Shown piece after piece: positions 27,824 through 39,762 of a stretch of 64,000 nucleotides of DNA. Within the stretch, counting starts at the first letter, position 1, and each line of letters opens with the position of its first letter. This DNA comes from Thermoplasmata archaeon (GTDB lineage Archaea > Thermoplasmatota > Thermoplasmata > Lutacidiplasmatales > UBA184): contig DASPVQ010000001.1 of NCBI GenBank assembly GCA_035622275.1, forward strand, positions 10,607 to 74,606. The letters run 5' to 3'. The notes beneath the pieces are model-generated. The model was not told where the DNA came from. It saw only the letters and a program-made list of their open reading frames with translations, and searched no databases. The translations under genes and the position numbers were made by a program.

Positions 27824-28701
27824 GCGGCCCGGCGCCGATGGGCCCCGACCGGGGGCCCCCAGGGAGCGGAGGACCGGGCGCCGCGCCGGCGCCGCCGTGG
27901 GTCGCCAAGACCGAGCTCGGCAAGCGCGTCGCCAGCGACCAGATCACGACGATGAGCCAGGCGCTCGCGACCGGCCTGCCGCTGCGCGAGCCGCAGATCG
28001 TCGACAAGCTGTTGCCCGGGCTCCACGACGAGGTGCTCGACGTCAACATGGTCCAGCGCATGACCGACTCCGGCCGCCGGTTCAAGTTCGCTGTGACCGT
28101 CGTGGTCGGCAACGGCGACGGCTTCGTCGGCCTCGGCCGGGCCAAGGGCCGCGAGGTGGGGCCGACGATCCGGCGCGCGATCGACCGAGCGAAGCTCGAG
28201 ATCGTCGAGGTCCTGCGCGGCTGCGGCAGCTGGGAATGCGGCTGCGGCCGCTCGCACACCCTCCCGTTCCAGGTCCACGGGCGCGCGGGCTCGGTGGTCG
28301 TGACGTTCAAGCCAGCTCCCCGGGGCGTCGGGCTCGCCGTCGGGGACGTCGCGAAGCCGATCCTGCGCTTCGCGGGGATCACCGACGCCTGGGGCTACAC
28401 CGACGGTCACTCGAAGACGACCGTGAACTACGCGCAGGCCGCCTACCGCACGCTCGTCGCGCTCTCCCAGGTCAAGGTGCCCGCCGAGGACGCGGCGCGA
28501 CTCAAGATCGTGCGGGGTCCGATCGGCACGTCGATCCTCCCTCCGAAGGAAGAGGGGGTCCGGCCGATGCGCGGCGGTCGGGGCGGGCGACGCCCGCCGC
28601 CCCGGGGCCCGCCGGGCCGCGGGGGACCGCCCCGTGGTGGGCCCGGGGGCGGACCCGGAGCGCCGGGCCGGCGGCCGGGACCCGGCACGCGGAGGGCCTG
28701 A
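27820..28701 (+). CDS. rps5: 30S ribosomal protein uS5 with RGG/Pro-Gly-rich C-terminal tail
   Basis: WVAKTELG, VQRMTDSGRR, RGCGSWECGC, PAPRGVGL. Confidence 0.97.
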   Translation: MSGPAPMGPDRGPPGSGGPGAAPAPPWVAKTELGKRVASDQITTMSQALATGLPLREPQIVDKLLPGLHDEVLDVNMVQRMTDSGRRFKFAVTVVVGNGDGFVGLGRAKGREVGPTIRRAIDRAKLEIVEVLRGCGSWECGCGRSHTLPFQVHGRAGSVVVTFKPAPRGVGLAVGDVAKPILRFAGITDAWGYTDGHSKTTVNYAQAAYRTLVALSQVKVPAEDAARLKIVRGPIGTSILPPKEEGVRPMRGGRGGRRPPPRGPPGRGGPPRGGPGGGPGAPGRRPGPGTRRA

Positions 28702-28702
28702 G

Positions 28703-29161
28703 ATGGCGTTCGTGGTCGTGCGCGTGCGCGGGACGATCCACGCGCGACGCGACATCGTGGAGACGCTGCGCTTCCTCCACCTGACCCGCGCGAACCACGC
28801 GACCGTCGTGCCCGAGGCACCGCCGGTCCGCGGGATGCTGTTCAAGGTCCAGGGCTACGTCACCTGGGGCGAGGCCGAGCCCGAGACGCTCGGGCTGCTC
28901 CTGAAGGAGCGGGGCCGCGGCCCGGACGGCCACCCCCTCTCCGGTGGCGGTGAGGGGGTCGGCGCGGAGACCGTGGACCTCGCCGCGCTCTCGCGCGCGG
29001 TCGCGGACGGCGGCCTCTCGGGCGTGAAGGGCGTGCGCCCGCTCTTCCGGCTGAAGGCACCGAAGGGCGGGTGGCGGTCGACCAAGCGGCCGTACACGCT
29101 CGGCGGGGCCCTCGGCTACCGCGGACGCGCGATCAACGATCTCGTCCGCCGGATGGTGTGA
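28703..29161 (+). CDS. rpl30: 50S ribosomal protein uL30
   Basis: VVRVRG, GMLFKVQGYVTWGE, FRLKAPKGG, GGALGYRG. Confidence 0.96.
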   Translation: MAFVVVRVRGTIHARRDIVETLRFLHLTRANHATVVPEAPPVRGMLFKVQGYVTWGEAEPETLGLLLKERGRGPDGHPLSGGGEGVGAETVDLAALSRAVADGGLSGVKGVRPLFRLKAPKGGWRSTKRPYTLGGALGYRGRAINDLVRRMV

Positions 29162-29163
29162 GG

Positions 29164-29598
29164 ATGCCGAGCCGCACCCGCAAGTTCCGAGGACTGCGCA
29201 CCCACGGCCGCGGCATCAAGGCCGGCCGGGGCGCGGGCAAGCAGGGGGGACGCGGCAACGCGGGGCTCCACAAGTACAAGTTCAAGTCGATGCTGATCTA
29301 CGCGCCCGACCACTTCGGGCGCCACGGCTTCACGCGGCCGCCCGAGACGGCGTCGGTCCCCCGCACGGTCAACGTCGGCGACCTCGACCGCCTGCTGCCC
29401 GAGCTCGAGTCCCGCGGCGCGATCGGCCGCGAGGGGGAAGCGTACGTCGCGGACCTCACCAAGGCCGGCATCGATCGGCTGCTGGGCAAGGGCGCGAGCG
29501 AGCGCACCTGGAAGGTGATCGTCGGGCACGCGAGCCGCCACGCCCGCGAGAAGGTCGCCGTCGTCGAGGCCGCCAGCGCGGCACCGGCGCCCCCGTAG
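29164..29598 (+). CDS. rpl15: 50S ribosomal protein uL15
   Basis: RGLRTHGRG, GGRGNAG, HFGRHGF, VNVGDL. Confidence 0.96.
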   Translation: MPSRTRKFRGLRTHGRGIKAGRGAGKQGGRGNAGLHKYKFKSMLIYAPDHFGRHGFTRPPETASVPRTVNVGDLDRLLPELESRGAIGREGEAYVADLTKAGIDRLLGKGASERTWKVIVGHASRHAREKVAVVEAASAAPAPP

Positions 29599-29600
29599 AC

Positions 29601-29608
29601 TATATAAT
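29601..29608 (+). promoter_or_regulatory. internal TATA box for secY
   Basis: TATATAAT 27 nt upstream of the secY ATG. Confidence 0.7.
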
Positions 29609-29634
29609 CCGCGGTCGAGGTCGACAGCGGTTCG

Positions 29635-31401
29635 ATGGCGGACGAGGAGATCCCCCGGGACCACCGCTGGGCGATCCCGCTCTCGGTGATCGGCGTCGGG
29701 CTGTTCGCGATCATCTGGATCTGGGGCCAGCCGACCCCGATCGCGCTGGTCGTGGCGGGCGTCCTGATCTTCGTCCTGCTCGGGGTCCTCTACCTCGGCC
29801 TCTCCTACGCGGGGCCGCGCTCCCGACTCTACGGCCTCAAGCCGATCACGACGCGGATGCCCGCGGTCTCGCAGCCGAAGGGCCACGTCCACTTCCGCAC
29901 CAAGCTGCTGTGGACGATCGGGATCCTGCTGCTGTACTTCCTGCTCACGAACATCTACCTGTTCGGCGTCGACCAGTCCACCGTCATCGACCTGTTCGCG
30001 AGCTACCGCGCGATCCTCGCCGGCGCGCAGGGGACGCTGATGCACCTCGGCATCGGCCCGATCGTCACCGGGTCGATCATCATGCAGCTGTTCACCGGGG
30101 CGAAGATCATCAACCTCGACCTCACCGACGACGAGGACAAGGGGATGTACCAGGGGACCCAGAAGGTCCTCGTCGTCGCGATGATCTTCATCGAGGCGGT
30201 CCCCCAGGTCTTCGGCTACCTCACCCCGAGCTCGAGCCTGGTCGCGAGCCTCGGCTCGGCCTCCCCCGGCAACGGCGTCCTCCTCGCGAACGTGATCATC
30301 ATCGCGCAGCTCGTCTTCGGCAGCTACCTCGTCTTCCTGATGGACGAGGTCGTCTCGAAATGGGGGATCGGCAGCGGGATCTCGCTGTTCATCGCCGCCG
30401 GCGTGAGCCAGCAGATCGTCCAGGGGACGATCAACTGGATCCCGCAGACGCCGAGCGCCCCGGTGTCGACCGGCAACCTGCCCAGCGGCACGATCCCGAA
30501 GATGATCTACGTCTTCACGCACCTGTCCGCCTCCCAGATGGCGAGCGGCGGCTGGGAGCTCGTCCTGTTACGTCAGCCGAACCCGTTGATCGCCCTCATC
30601 GGCACCGCCGCGATCTTCTTCCTCGTGGCGTGGACGGAGTCGACGCGCATCGAGCTGCCGCTCTCGCACGCCGAGGCGCGCGGGGCGCGCGGTCGCTACC
30701 CGTTGCGCCTGATCTACGCCTCGAACATCCCGGTCATCCTGATGAGCGCGCTGCTCGCGAACGTGAGCGTCTTCACGATCCTGTTGTGGACCAACCCGAC
30801 GCTCATCCACTTCCCCGTGATCGGGCACCAGTGGTGGATCGGCTCGTATCCGACGAGCACGCAAGCGACCGCGTTAGGGATCAGCCAGACCCAGCCGTTA
30901 ACGGGCGGGGCGTACTACTTCTCGACGGTCAACGGCCTCGAGTCCTGGTTGCTGCCGATCATCAACTACCAGCAGTACGGCCAGTTCCTCGTCGGCCACA
31001 CCTGGTGGCAGGGTCTCGTGCACGTCGTCGTCTACTTCGGCGCGATGGTCGGCGGCTCGATCCTCTTCGCGAAGTTCTGGATCCAGACGACGAACATGGG
31101 GCCGGAGGCGGTCGCGAAACAGATCGAGGCGTCCGGCATGCAGATCCCGGGCTTTCGTCGAGAACCCCGCGTGTTACGCCGCGTGCTGGAGCGCTACATC
31201 CCCGTGATCACCGTGATCTCCGGGGCCGCGGTCGGCGCGCTCGCCGCGGGGGCCGACCTCATCGGGACGCTCGGCAATGCGAGCGGCACCGGCGTGCTGC
31301 TGATGGTGGGGATCATCATCAACCTCTACGAGGCGATGGGTCGCGAGCAGCTGATGGAGATGAACCCGCTGCTCCGGCGCTTCCTCGGAGGCGAGGCGTA
31401 G
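29635..31401 (+). CDS. secY: preprotein translocase subunit SecY (Sec61alpha), long form
   Basis: LGIGPIVTGSIIMQL, KWGIGSGISLFIAAGV, YASNIPVIL, GMQIPGFRR, GTGVLL. Confidence 0.97.
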   Translation: MADEEIPRDHRWAIPLSVIGVGLFAIIWIWGQPTPIALVVAGVLIFVLLGVLYLGLSYAGPRSRLYGLKPITTRMPAVSQPKGHVHFRTKLLWTIGILLLYFLLTNIYLFGVDQSTVIDLFASYRAILAGAQGTLMHLGIGPIVTGSIIMQLFTGAKIINLDLTDDEDKGMYQGTQKVLVVAMIFIEAVPQVFGYLTPSSSLVASLGSASPGNGVLLANVIIIAQLVFGSYLVFLMDEVVSKWGIGSGISLFIAAGVSQQIVQGTINWIPQTPSAPVSTGNLPSGTIPKMIYVFTHLSASQMASGGWELVLLRQPNPLIALIGTAAIFFLVAWTESTRIELPLSHAEARGARGRYPLRLIYASNIPVILMSALLANVSVFTILLWTNPTLIHFPVIGHQWWIGSYPTSTQATALGISQTQPLTGGAYYFSTVNGLESWLLPIINYQQYGQFLVGHTWWQGLVHVVVYFGAMVGGSILFAKFWIQTTNMGPEAVAKQIEASGMQIPGFRREPRVLRRVLERYIPVITVISGAAVGALAAGADLIGTLGNASGTGVLLMVGIIINLYEAMGREQLMEMNPLLRRFLGGEA

Positions 31402-32235
31402 GTGCCGACCGACGAGGAGCCGCTGCCCAGCAGCCATGCGCTGGCGTCCTCCGACGACGGCGGGCCGGAGGAGGCCTCGGCGGAGCCCGCGAGCGCGCCG
31501 GCGGCGCCCGCGAGCCGCCCGGCGGGCCCGGTCTTCAAGTTCTCGACGTTCGTCTACGTCTTCCTGGGCCTCCTCGGCCTGTTGATGGTCTTCGATACCG
31601 GTGCCCGCAACGCGATCGCCGGCGCCCTCGGCATCGGCCCGAATACCCTCGGCTTCCCGACGAGCGGGCCGCTGTACTTCCTGATCGGCTTCGGCTCGGG
31701 CTACCTGCTGCTCACGATGGCCCTCGCCGGCGCGATCGAGATGCTGATCACGGCGTTCGCCTACAACTACACGACCGACTGGATCAAAGCCGCGAAGGTC
31801 CAGAAGTGGAGCGCGGCGTTCCGCAAGGTCCAGATGGAGGCGATCCGCTCGGGCAAGAAGGACCGGATCGCCGCGCTCAAGCCGCACCAGGAGCGACTCA
31901 CGCGCCTGTCGAGCGAGGTGTCGATCGCCCAGTTCAAGGGCATGGCGATCACCTGGTTCCTCCTGATCCTGATCTACACCTGGGTCGGCCTCGTCATCGG
32001 CTCGGCGACGATCGCGCAGCAGACCGTCAGCCTCGGCGGTACCGTGATCAACCTGAACACCTACCGGGTCTTCGGCTACTTCCCGCTCTGGTTCTTCATC
32101 TTCAGCCTGTACACCGTGCCGCTCTCGCTCGTCTTCCGGCGCATCCTGAAGAACTACTGGCTACGCCGGTACGAGGCGCGGCGGCTGAGCGAAGCGACCC
32201 CTCCGGCCGCGGACGCGACCGGGGGACCGGCGTGA
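31402..32235 (+). CDS. DUF106 / EMC3-TMCO1 (Oxa1 superfamily) membrane protein
   Basis: TM, coiled coil (TDW..AKVQKW..Q), FKGMAIT, W..YTV pattern; position after secY. Confidence 0.82.
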   Translation: MPTDEEPLPSSHALASSDDGGPEEASAEPASAPAAPASRPAGPVFKFSTFVYVFLGLLGLLMVFDTGARNAIAGALGIGPNTLGFPTSGPLYFLIGFGSGYLLLTMALAGAIEMLITAFAYNYTTDWIKAAKVQKWSAAFRKVQMEAIRSGKKDRIAALKPHQERLTRLSSEVSIAQFKGMAITWFLLILIYTWVGLVIGSATIAQQTVSLGGTVINLNTYRVFGYFPLWFFIFSLYTVPLSLVFRRILKNYWLRRYEARRLSEATPPAADATGGPA

Positions 32236-32780
32236 TCGACCGGGTCGTCGCGATCGGCGGGCCGGCGGGCAGCGGCAAGTCGACCGCCGGCCGCGGCGTC
32301 GCCGAGCGCCTCGGGCTCGTCTACGTGAGCGCGGGCGAGCTCTTCCGGTCGGAAGCCCAGGCGCGGGGCCTCGATCTCGCCGCGTTCGGTCGCTACGCGG
32401 AAGCGCACCCCGAGGTCGACCGCTCGCTCGACGAGCGGATGCAGTCGCTCGCGCGGCCCGGCCACCTCCTGGAGGGACGCGTGCAGGGACCGCTGTGCCG
32501 GCGGCGGGACGTGCCGGTCGCCTACGTCGTGGTGACCGCGGAGGCCGAAGAGCGCGCTCGGCGCATCGCCGGACGCGACGGACGGACCGTGCTGGCCGCG
32601 CGGGAGGAGATCCGGCAGCGCGAGGCGAGCGAGCGCGCCCGCTATGCCGCGATCTACGGGATCGACCTCGAGCGGGAGGTGCCGGATCTCACCATCGACT
32701 CGACCTTGCGTCCGGCCGAGCGCGTCGTGGAGATGATCGTCGCGTTCCTCGCGCCGGCCACGGGCGACGCCGACCGATGA
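32232..32780 (+). CDS. cmk: cytidylate kinase (archaeal type)
   Basis: IGGPAGSGKST, SAGELFR, LEGR, REASERARY..YGID. Confidence 0.9.
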   Translation: MIDRVVAIGGPAGSGKSTAGRGVAERLGLVYVSAGELFRSEAQARGLDLAAFGRYAEAHPEVDRSLDERMQSLARPGHLLEGRVQGPLCRRRDVPVAYVVVTAEAEERARRIAGRDGRTVLAAREEIRQREASERARYAAIYGIDLEREVPDLTIDSTLRPAERVVEMIVAFLAPATGDADR

Positions 32781-33745
32781 GCGACGCGCCGCCCGACCCG
32801 GTCGGCGCGCGGATCGCGGCCGGTGCCTTCCTGCTCGTCGACAAGCCGCGCGGCCCGAGCTCGCACCAGGTCGCGGCCTGGGCGCGGGACCTCCTCGGCG
32901 TCCCGCGGGCCGGGCACGCGGGCACGCTCGACCCCAACGTGTCGGGCGTGCTGTGGGTCGGGCTCGGGCCGGCCCTCAAGCTGATCCCGCTCGTCCTCGA
33001 GTTCCCGAAGCGCTACGTCGGGGTCGTGGTCCTCCACGGCCGGGTCGGCGCCCGTGAGCTCGCGAGCGTGTTCGCCGAGTTCACGGGACCGATCTACCAG
33101 ACCCCGCCCGTGCGCTCCGCCGTCCGCCGCGAGCGGCGGGTGCGCACGATCCACCGGCTCCGTCTGACCGAGCGGGACGACGAGCGGCTCGTGCTCGACG
33201 TGGTCGCGGACTCGGGGACGTACGTGCGCACGCTCGCGGTCGACCTCGGCGACGCGCTCGGCGTCGGCGCCCATCTCGAGGAGCTGCGCCGCGTCGGGAC
33301 CGGGCCGTTCGACGAGGCGGCGAGCGTGACGCTGCTGGGGATCGCGGACGCGGTCGCCCGGCGCGCCGACGGGGACCCGGCCGAGCTGCTCACGCTCCTC
33401 CATCCGATCGAGGAGGTCTGGCGCGAGTTCCCGCGGATCGTCGTGCGGGACTCCGCCGCGAGCGCGGTGGCCCACGGCGCGGGCCTGGCGAGCGGCGGGA
33501 TCCTGCGGATCGAGCGGCCGTTCGGCAGCGACGCGCGCGTCGCGCTCGTGGACCGGGAGGGCGCCCTGATCGCGACGGGCGTCGCGCGGGCGGGCTCGGA
33601 TCGGATCGCCGAGGTCCCCCACGGATGGGTCGTCACGCAGACCCGCGTCTTCGTCCCCCCGGAGCGCTTCCCCGCCCGCTGGAACCGCTCGGGCGCCGCC
33701 CGCGAGCCCCCGACCGCCACCGACGCTCCGCCGCCGGCGCCGTGA
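32777..33745 (+). CDS. cbf5: RNA-guided pseudouridine synthase Cbf5 (TruB family, PUA domain)
   Basis: DKPRGPSSHQV, GHAGTLDP, IYQTPPVRSAV, SGTYVR, ELRR. Confidence 0.93.
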   Translation: MSDAPPDPVGARIAAGAFLLVDKPRGPSSHQVAAWARDLLGVPRAGHAGTLDPNVSGVLWVGLGPALKLIPLVLEFPKRYVGVVVLHGRVGARELASVFAEFTGPIYQTPPVRSAVRRERRVRTIHRLRLTERDDERLVLDVVADSGTYVRTLAVDLGDALGVGAHLEELRRVGTGPFDEAASVTLLGIADAVARRADGDPAELLTLLHPIEEVWREFPRIVVRDSAASAVAHGAGLASGGILRIERPFGSDARVALVDREGALIATGVARAGSDRIAEVPHGWVVTQTRVFVPPERFPARWNRSGAAREPPTATDAPPPAP

Positions 33746-33858
33746 GCGCCCGCGCCCCGGGGACGACGCTCGCGCATCCGATGGGGTCATATCGCGACGG
33801 CCGTTGGCCGGGCGAGCCCCGCGGCCGGCGGGCCGCGATCGGGCGCGCGAGCGACGAC

Positions 33859-36774
<2,916 letters not shown>

Positions 36775-36777
36775 GCC

Positions 36778-37221
36778 GTGGCCGAGCCGATCGCCGAGGT
36801 CGTCGACCGGCCGGACGACGACGCGCTCCGGCGCGAGATCCAGGCGCTCTGGGCGACCCCGGGCCAGCGCGAGGCGGTCGAGCGGACGCTCGATCTGTTG
36901 CGGGCCCTCAACGAGCGAGGGCTCCTGGACGGCGCCCGCGCGATCCTCGAGGGCAACGAGGCGTCCGGCCGGGCGATCCGCGAGTTCCTGATGCGCAGCC
37001 AGGACCTGCGGATCGCCCGGAACCTCCGGGCCGCCTTCGAGCTGCTCGCCGCGATCGACCTCGGCGGGGGCGGCCGGGGCGCCGGGCGGTCCCCCGGCGC
37101 CCCCGCGCGGCCGATGGGACTCCTCGAGCTGCGGCGCCGCCTGCGCGATCCGGACGTGAGCGCAGGCCTCGAGGTCGTCCTCGGCGCGCTCGCGGCCATC
37201 GGGCGAGCCCGCCGCGGGTGA
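36778..37221 (+). CDS. DUF1641 family protein (YjgD/YrhD/ForE-like FDH partner)
   Basis: MAEPI start, LNERGLLD, GLLELRRRLRDPDVSAGL..L; 3 nt after the fdh stop. Confidence 0.8.
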   Translation: MAEPIAEVVDRPDDDALRREIQALWATPGQREAVERTLDLLRALNERGLLDGARAILEGNEASGRAIREFLMRSQDLRIARNLRAAFELLAAIDLGGGGRGAGRSPGAPARPMGLLELRRRLRDPDVSAGLEVVLGALAAIGRARRG

Positions 37222-37236
37222 GCCGGGGGCCGGGCC

Positions 37237-38148
37237 GTGGACGGAACCCGAGCGCCCCGATCCGAGCGGCCCGGGGCCGTCGTGCGCGTGGCGGTGCACC
37301 GGGTGGGCGCGGCGGCCGCGCGGGGCGGACCGGTCGACGAGGTCGTCGCCGAGGAACCCCTGGAGATCCGCGTCGTGCCGCCGGGCGACGGTCCGGCGGT
37401 CCCCATCGCGATCACGATGCGAACCCCCGGCCACGACTTCGAGCTCGCGGCCGGATTCGCGCTCAGCGAACAGATCGTCGGCGCTCCCGCGGAGATCCGG
37501 GGCCTGCGCTACTGCACCGCGCCCGGCGAGGAGCAGTGGTTCAACGTCGTCGACCTCGAGCTCGCGCGGCCGTTCGATCCCGAGGCGTTCCGGCGCAACG
37601 TCTACACGAGCTCGAGCTGCGGGATCTGCGGTCGCGCCACGCTCGACCGACTGCGGGCGACCGGCCTGGCGCCGCCGCGCCGCGGGCCCTCGATCGACCC
37701 GAACCTCCTGCGGGGCCTGCCGGGGGCGCTGCGCTCGGCCCAGTCGCTCTTTGCCCGGACCGGAGGGCTCCACGCGACCGGCATCGCCCGGGCCGACGGT
37801 CGATTCTCGGTCGTCCGCGAGGACGTCGGGCGGCACAACGCCTTCGACAAGGCCGTCGGGCGGCTCGCGCTCGACGGGGCGCTACCGGCTTCGGCGACGA
37901 TCGCGGTCGTCAGCGGTCGCGCGAGCTTCGAGCTCGTCCAGAAGGCGGTCATCGCCGGCATCCCGGCGCTGGCGGCGGTCGGGGCGCCGAGCCATCTCGC
38001 CGTCGCGCTCGCCCGCGAGTTCGGGATCCTGCTGGTCGGCTTCCTGCGGGCGGACGGGTTCACCGTCTACGCGGGCGAGGACCGGCTCGCCGCCGGTCGC
38101 CCGGCGGGGACTCCGGCGCCGTCCGCGACCGCGGCGGATCCCGGATGA
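37237..38148 (+). CDS. fdhD: FDH accessory sulfurtransferase FdhD
   Basis: EEPLEI, TMRTPGHD, SSCGICG, TGGLH, EDVGRHNAFDK, SGRASFELVQK. Confidence 0.96.
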   Translation: MDGTRAPRSERPGAVVRVAVHRVGAAAARGGPVDEVVAEEPLEIRVVPPGDGPAVPIAITMRTPGHDFELAAGFALSEQIVGAPAEIRGLRYCTAPGEEQWFNVVDLELARPFDPEAFRRNVYTSSSCGICGRATLDRLRATGLAPPRRGPSIDPNLLRGLPGALRSAQSLFARTGGLHATGIARADGRFSVVREDVGRHNAFDKAVGRLALDGALPASATIAVVSGRASFELVQKAVIAGIPALAAVGAPSHLAVALAREFGILLVGFLRADGFTVYAGEDRLAAGRPAGTPAPSATAADPG

Positions 38149-39313
38149 GCCACTGGACCCGGACGCGTTCTCCCCGGTGGTACGTCCGCGCGCGCCGCAG
38201 ATAGCCGAACGCGTCCGCCGCCAGCAGCGCGCGGTAGCGGTTCACGCCCCAGCCGAGGGGCTCGGCCCACCCGTCGCGCGCCCGCATCAGGACCGTGGAG
38301 TCCATGCGGTGGTCGATCGCGAGCGTGCGGTCGAGCCGCAGCCGGCCGAAGCGCCGCAGCTCCCGGCCCACGAGTCGCCCGAGCAGCGCCAGGCCGAACT
38401 CGTGGAACGCCACCACCGCGCTCTCGACCTGGCCGGGCAGCAGCAGGACCGGCGTGCCGCCGACCTCCCCGATCCCGGCCCGCTTCAGGACGTTGACCCG
38501 GGTCCCGCCCACCCTCAGTGTTCCCTCCGCGGCGACCGCGCGCTTCGTGAGATCCCGGGGGCCGAGCGACGTCCCACCGATCGTGATGACGAGATCCGCG
38601 TCGCGGGCCGCCCGGCAGAGCCGGCGCCGCAGCTCGGCCGGCTCGTCCGGCACCGGCGCTTCCTGCCGGCACTGCGCCCAGGTCCCCGCGACCGCGCCGA
38701 GCCAGGGGCCGATCGAGTCGATCGGCGCGCGCCCCGGGCTCGGGCGGGCGAGCTCGCTGCCCGTCGGAAGCACGATCACCCGCCGACGTTCGACCTCGAC
38801 GGACGCCTGCCGGGCCGCGATCAGCGCCGCGAGAGCGTAGGCGTCGATCGGAAGCCCCTGGCTCGCGATGCGATCGCCGCGCGAAAGCGCCGAGCCGACC
38901 CGATGGATGTCGCGACCGGCTGCGAGCAAGGTCCGCAGGACGAGCACCCCGCCGTCGGACCTCGTCGCCTCCAGTCGGGCGACGGCGGAGGTGCCGCGCG
39001 GCACACGGGCCCCGGTCGCGACCGGGCATGCCTGCCCCGGTCGAAGCGAGGCAGCGCGCGGCGGATCCACGAGCGCGAAGCGGAGGCGGTCCCCCCGTAG
39101 GCCGAATCGGACCGCGAAGCCGTCCATCGCGGCCGTGGGGCGGGACGGAAGGTCGAGCGACGACACGATGTCCCGCGCGGGGATGCGTCCGAGCGCGTCG
39201 AGCACGCGAACCGACTCCGTCGCCGTCGGCCGCAACCGCAGGGACGCGAGCCGCGCCCGCGCCTCCCGCAAGGGGAGCAGCGGATATGGGCCGGTCGATG
39301 TACGGTCGCTCAC
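38060..39313 (-). CDS. moeA: molybdopterin molybdotransferase MoeA
   Basis: ALGRI.ARD, AAMDGFAV, VATGARVP, PTGSEL, ITIGGTS, LLPG. Confidence 0.85.
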   Translation of the reverse strand: MSDRTSTGPYPLLPLREARARLASLRLRPTATESVRVLDALGRIPARDIVSSLDLPSRPTAAMDGFAVRFGLRGDRLRFALVDPPRAASLRPGQACPVATGARVPRGTSAVARLEATRSDGGVLVLRTLLAAGRDIHRVGSALSRGDRIASQGLPIDAYALAALIAARQASVEVERRRVIVLPTGSELARPSPGRAPIDSIGPWLGAVAGTWAQCRQEAPVPDEPAELRRRLCRAARDADLVITIGGTSLGPRDLTKRAVAAEGTLRVGGTRVNVLKRAGIGEVGGTPVLLLPGQVESAVVAFHEFGLALLGRLVGRELRRFGRLRLDRTLAIDHRMDSTVLMRARDGWAEPLGWGVNRYRALLAADAFGYLRRARTYHRGERVRVQWLIRDPPRSRTAPESPPGDRRRAGPRPRRR

Positions 39314-39342
39314 GCCCTCGGCCGGCGTCGGGGGCGACGACC

Positions 39343-39762
39343 ATGCCCCTCGTCGTCCAGCTCGTTGGCAGCCACGGCTCGGGAAAAACCCTTGCCCTGA
39401 CGCGGGTGGTCCGCCGCCTGCGTCGCTCGGGATGGCGCGTGACGGTCCTCAAGCATTCGCACCACGCCATCGACCTGAGGGGGACGGACACGGATCGATA
39501 CCGTCGTAGCGGGGCCAATGCCGTGGTGTTCGCCGGACGCGACAGCGTCGCGTTTCTCGACGGGGACCCCCTCCGATTCGCACGGTCCCTGCCCTCCGAC
39601 GTCCTCCTGATCGAGGGCTACCACGCGCGCCGGCTGGGTCGTCGGTTCCGGATCGATGGACCGCACGACGTCGATCGGATCGTGCGCGAGATTCGCGCGT
39701 ACCTGGAGCGGAAGCTCCGGGGTCCGTCCCCGCGGCGCCCGGCACGCCGGAGGCGAGCGTGA
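39343..39762 (+). CDS. mobB: molybdopterin-guanine dinucleotide biosynthesis protein MobB
   Basis: GSHGSGKT, LKHSHH, GTDTDRY, LLIEGY. Confidence 0.88.
   Translation: MPLVVQLVGSHGSGKTLALTRVVRRLRRSGWRVTVLKHSHHAIDLRGTDTDRYRRSGANAVVFAGRDSVAFLDGDPLRFARSLPSDVLLIEGYHARRLGRRFRIDGPHDVDRIVREIRAYLERKLRGPSPRRPARRRRA

Noticed and set aside
29910..32780. Apparent giant ORFs ending in real genes (29910-32780 cmk; 13934-16054 DUF99; 3882-5984 desulfurase; 58264-59586 Trm112)
   Set aside because: Not fusions: the N-terminal parts are off-frame readings of upstream genes; true starts were reassigned.
31402..32780. Absence of adk, L34e and L14e from the secY-cmk block, and of SUI1 after L29
   Set aside because: Consistent with known gene loss or relocation in Thermoplasmata-type operons; used only as a taxonomic hint.
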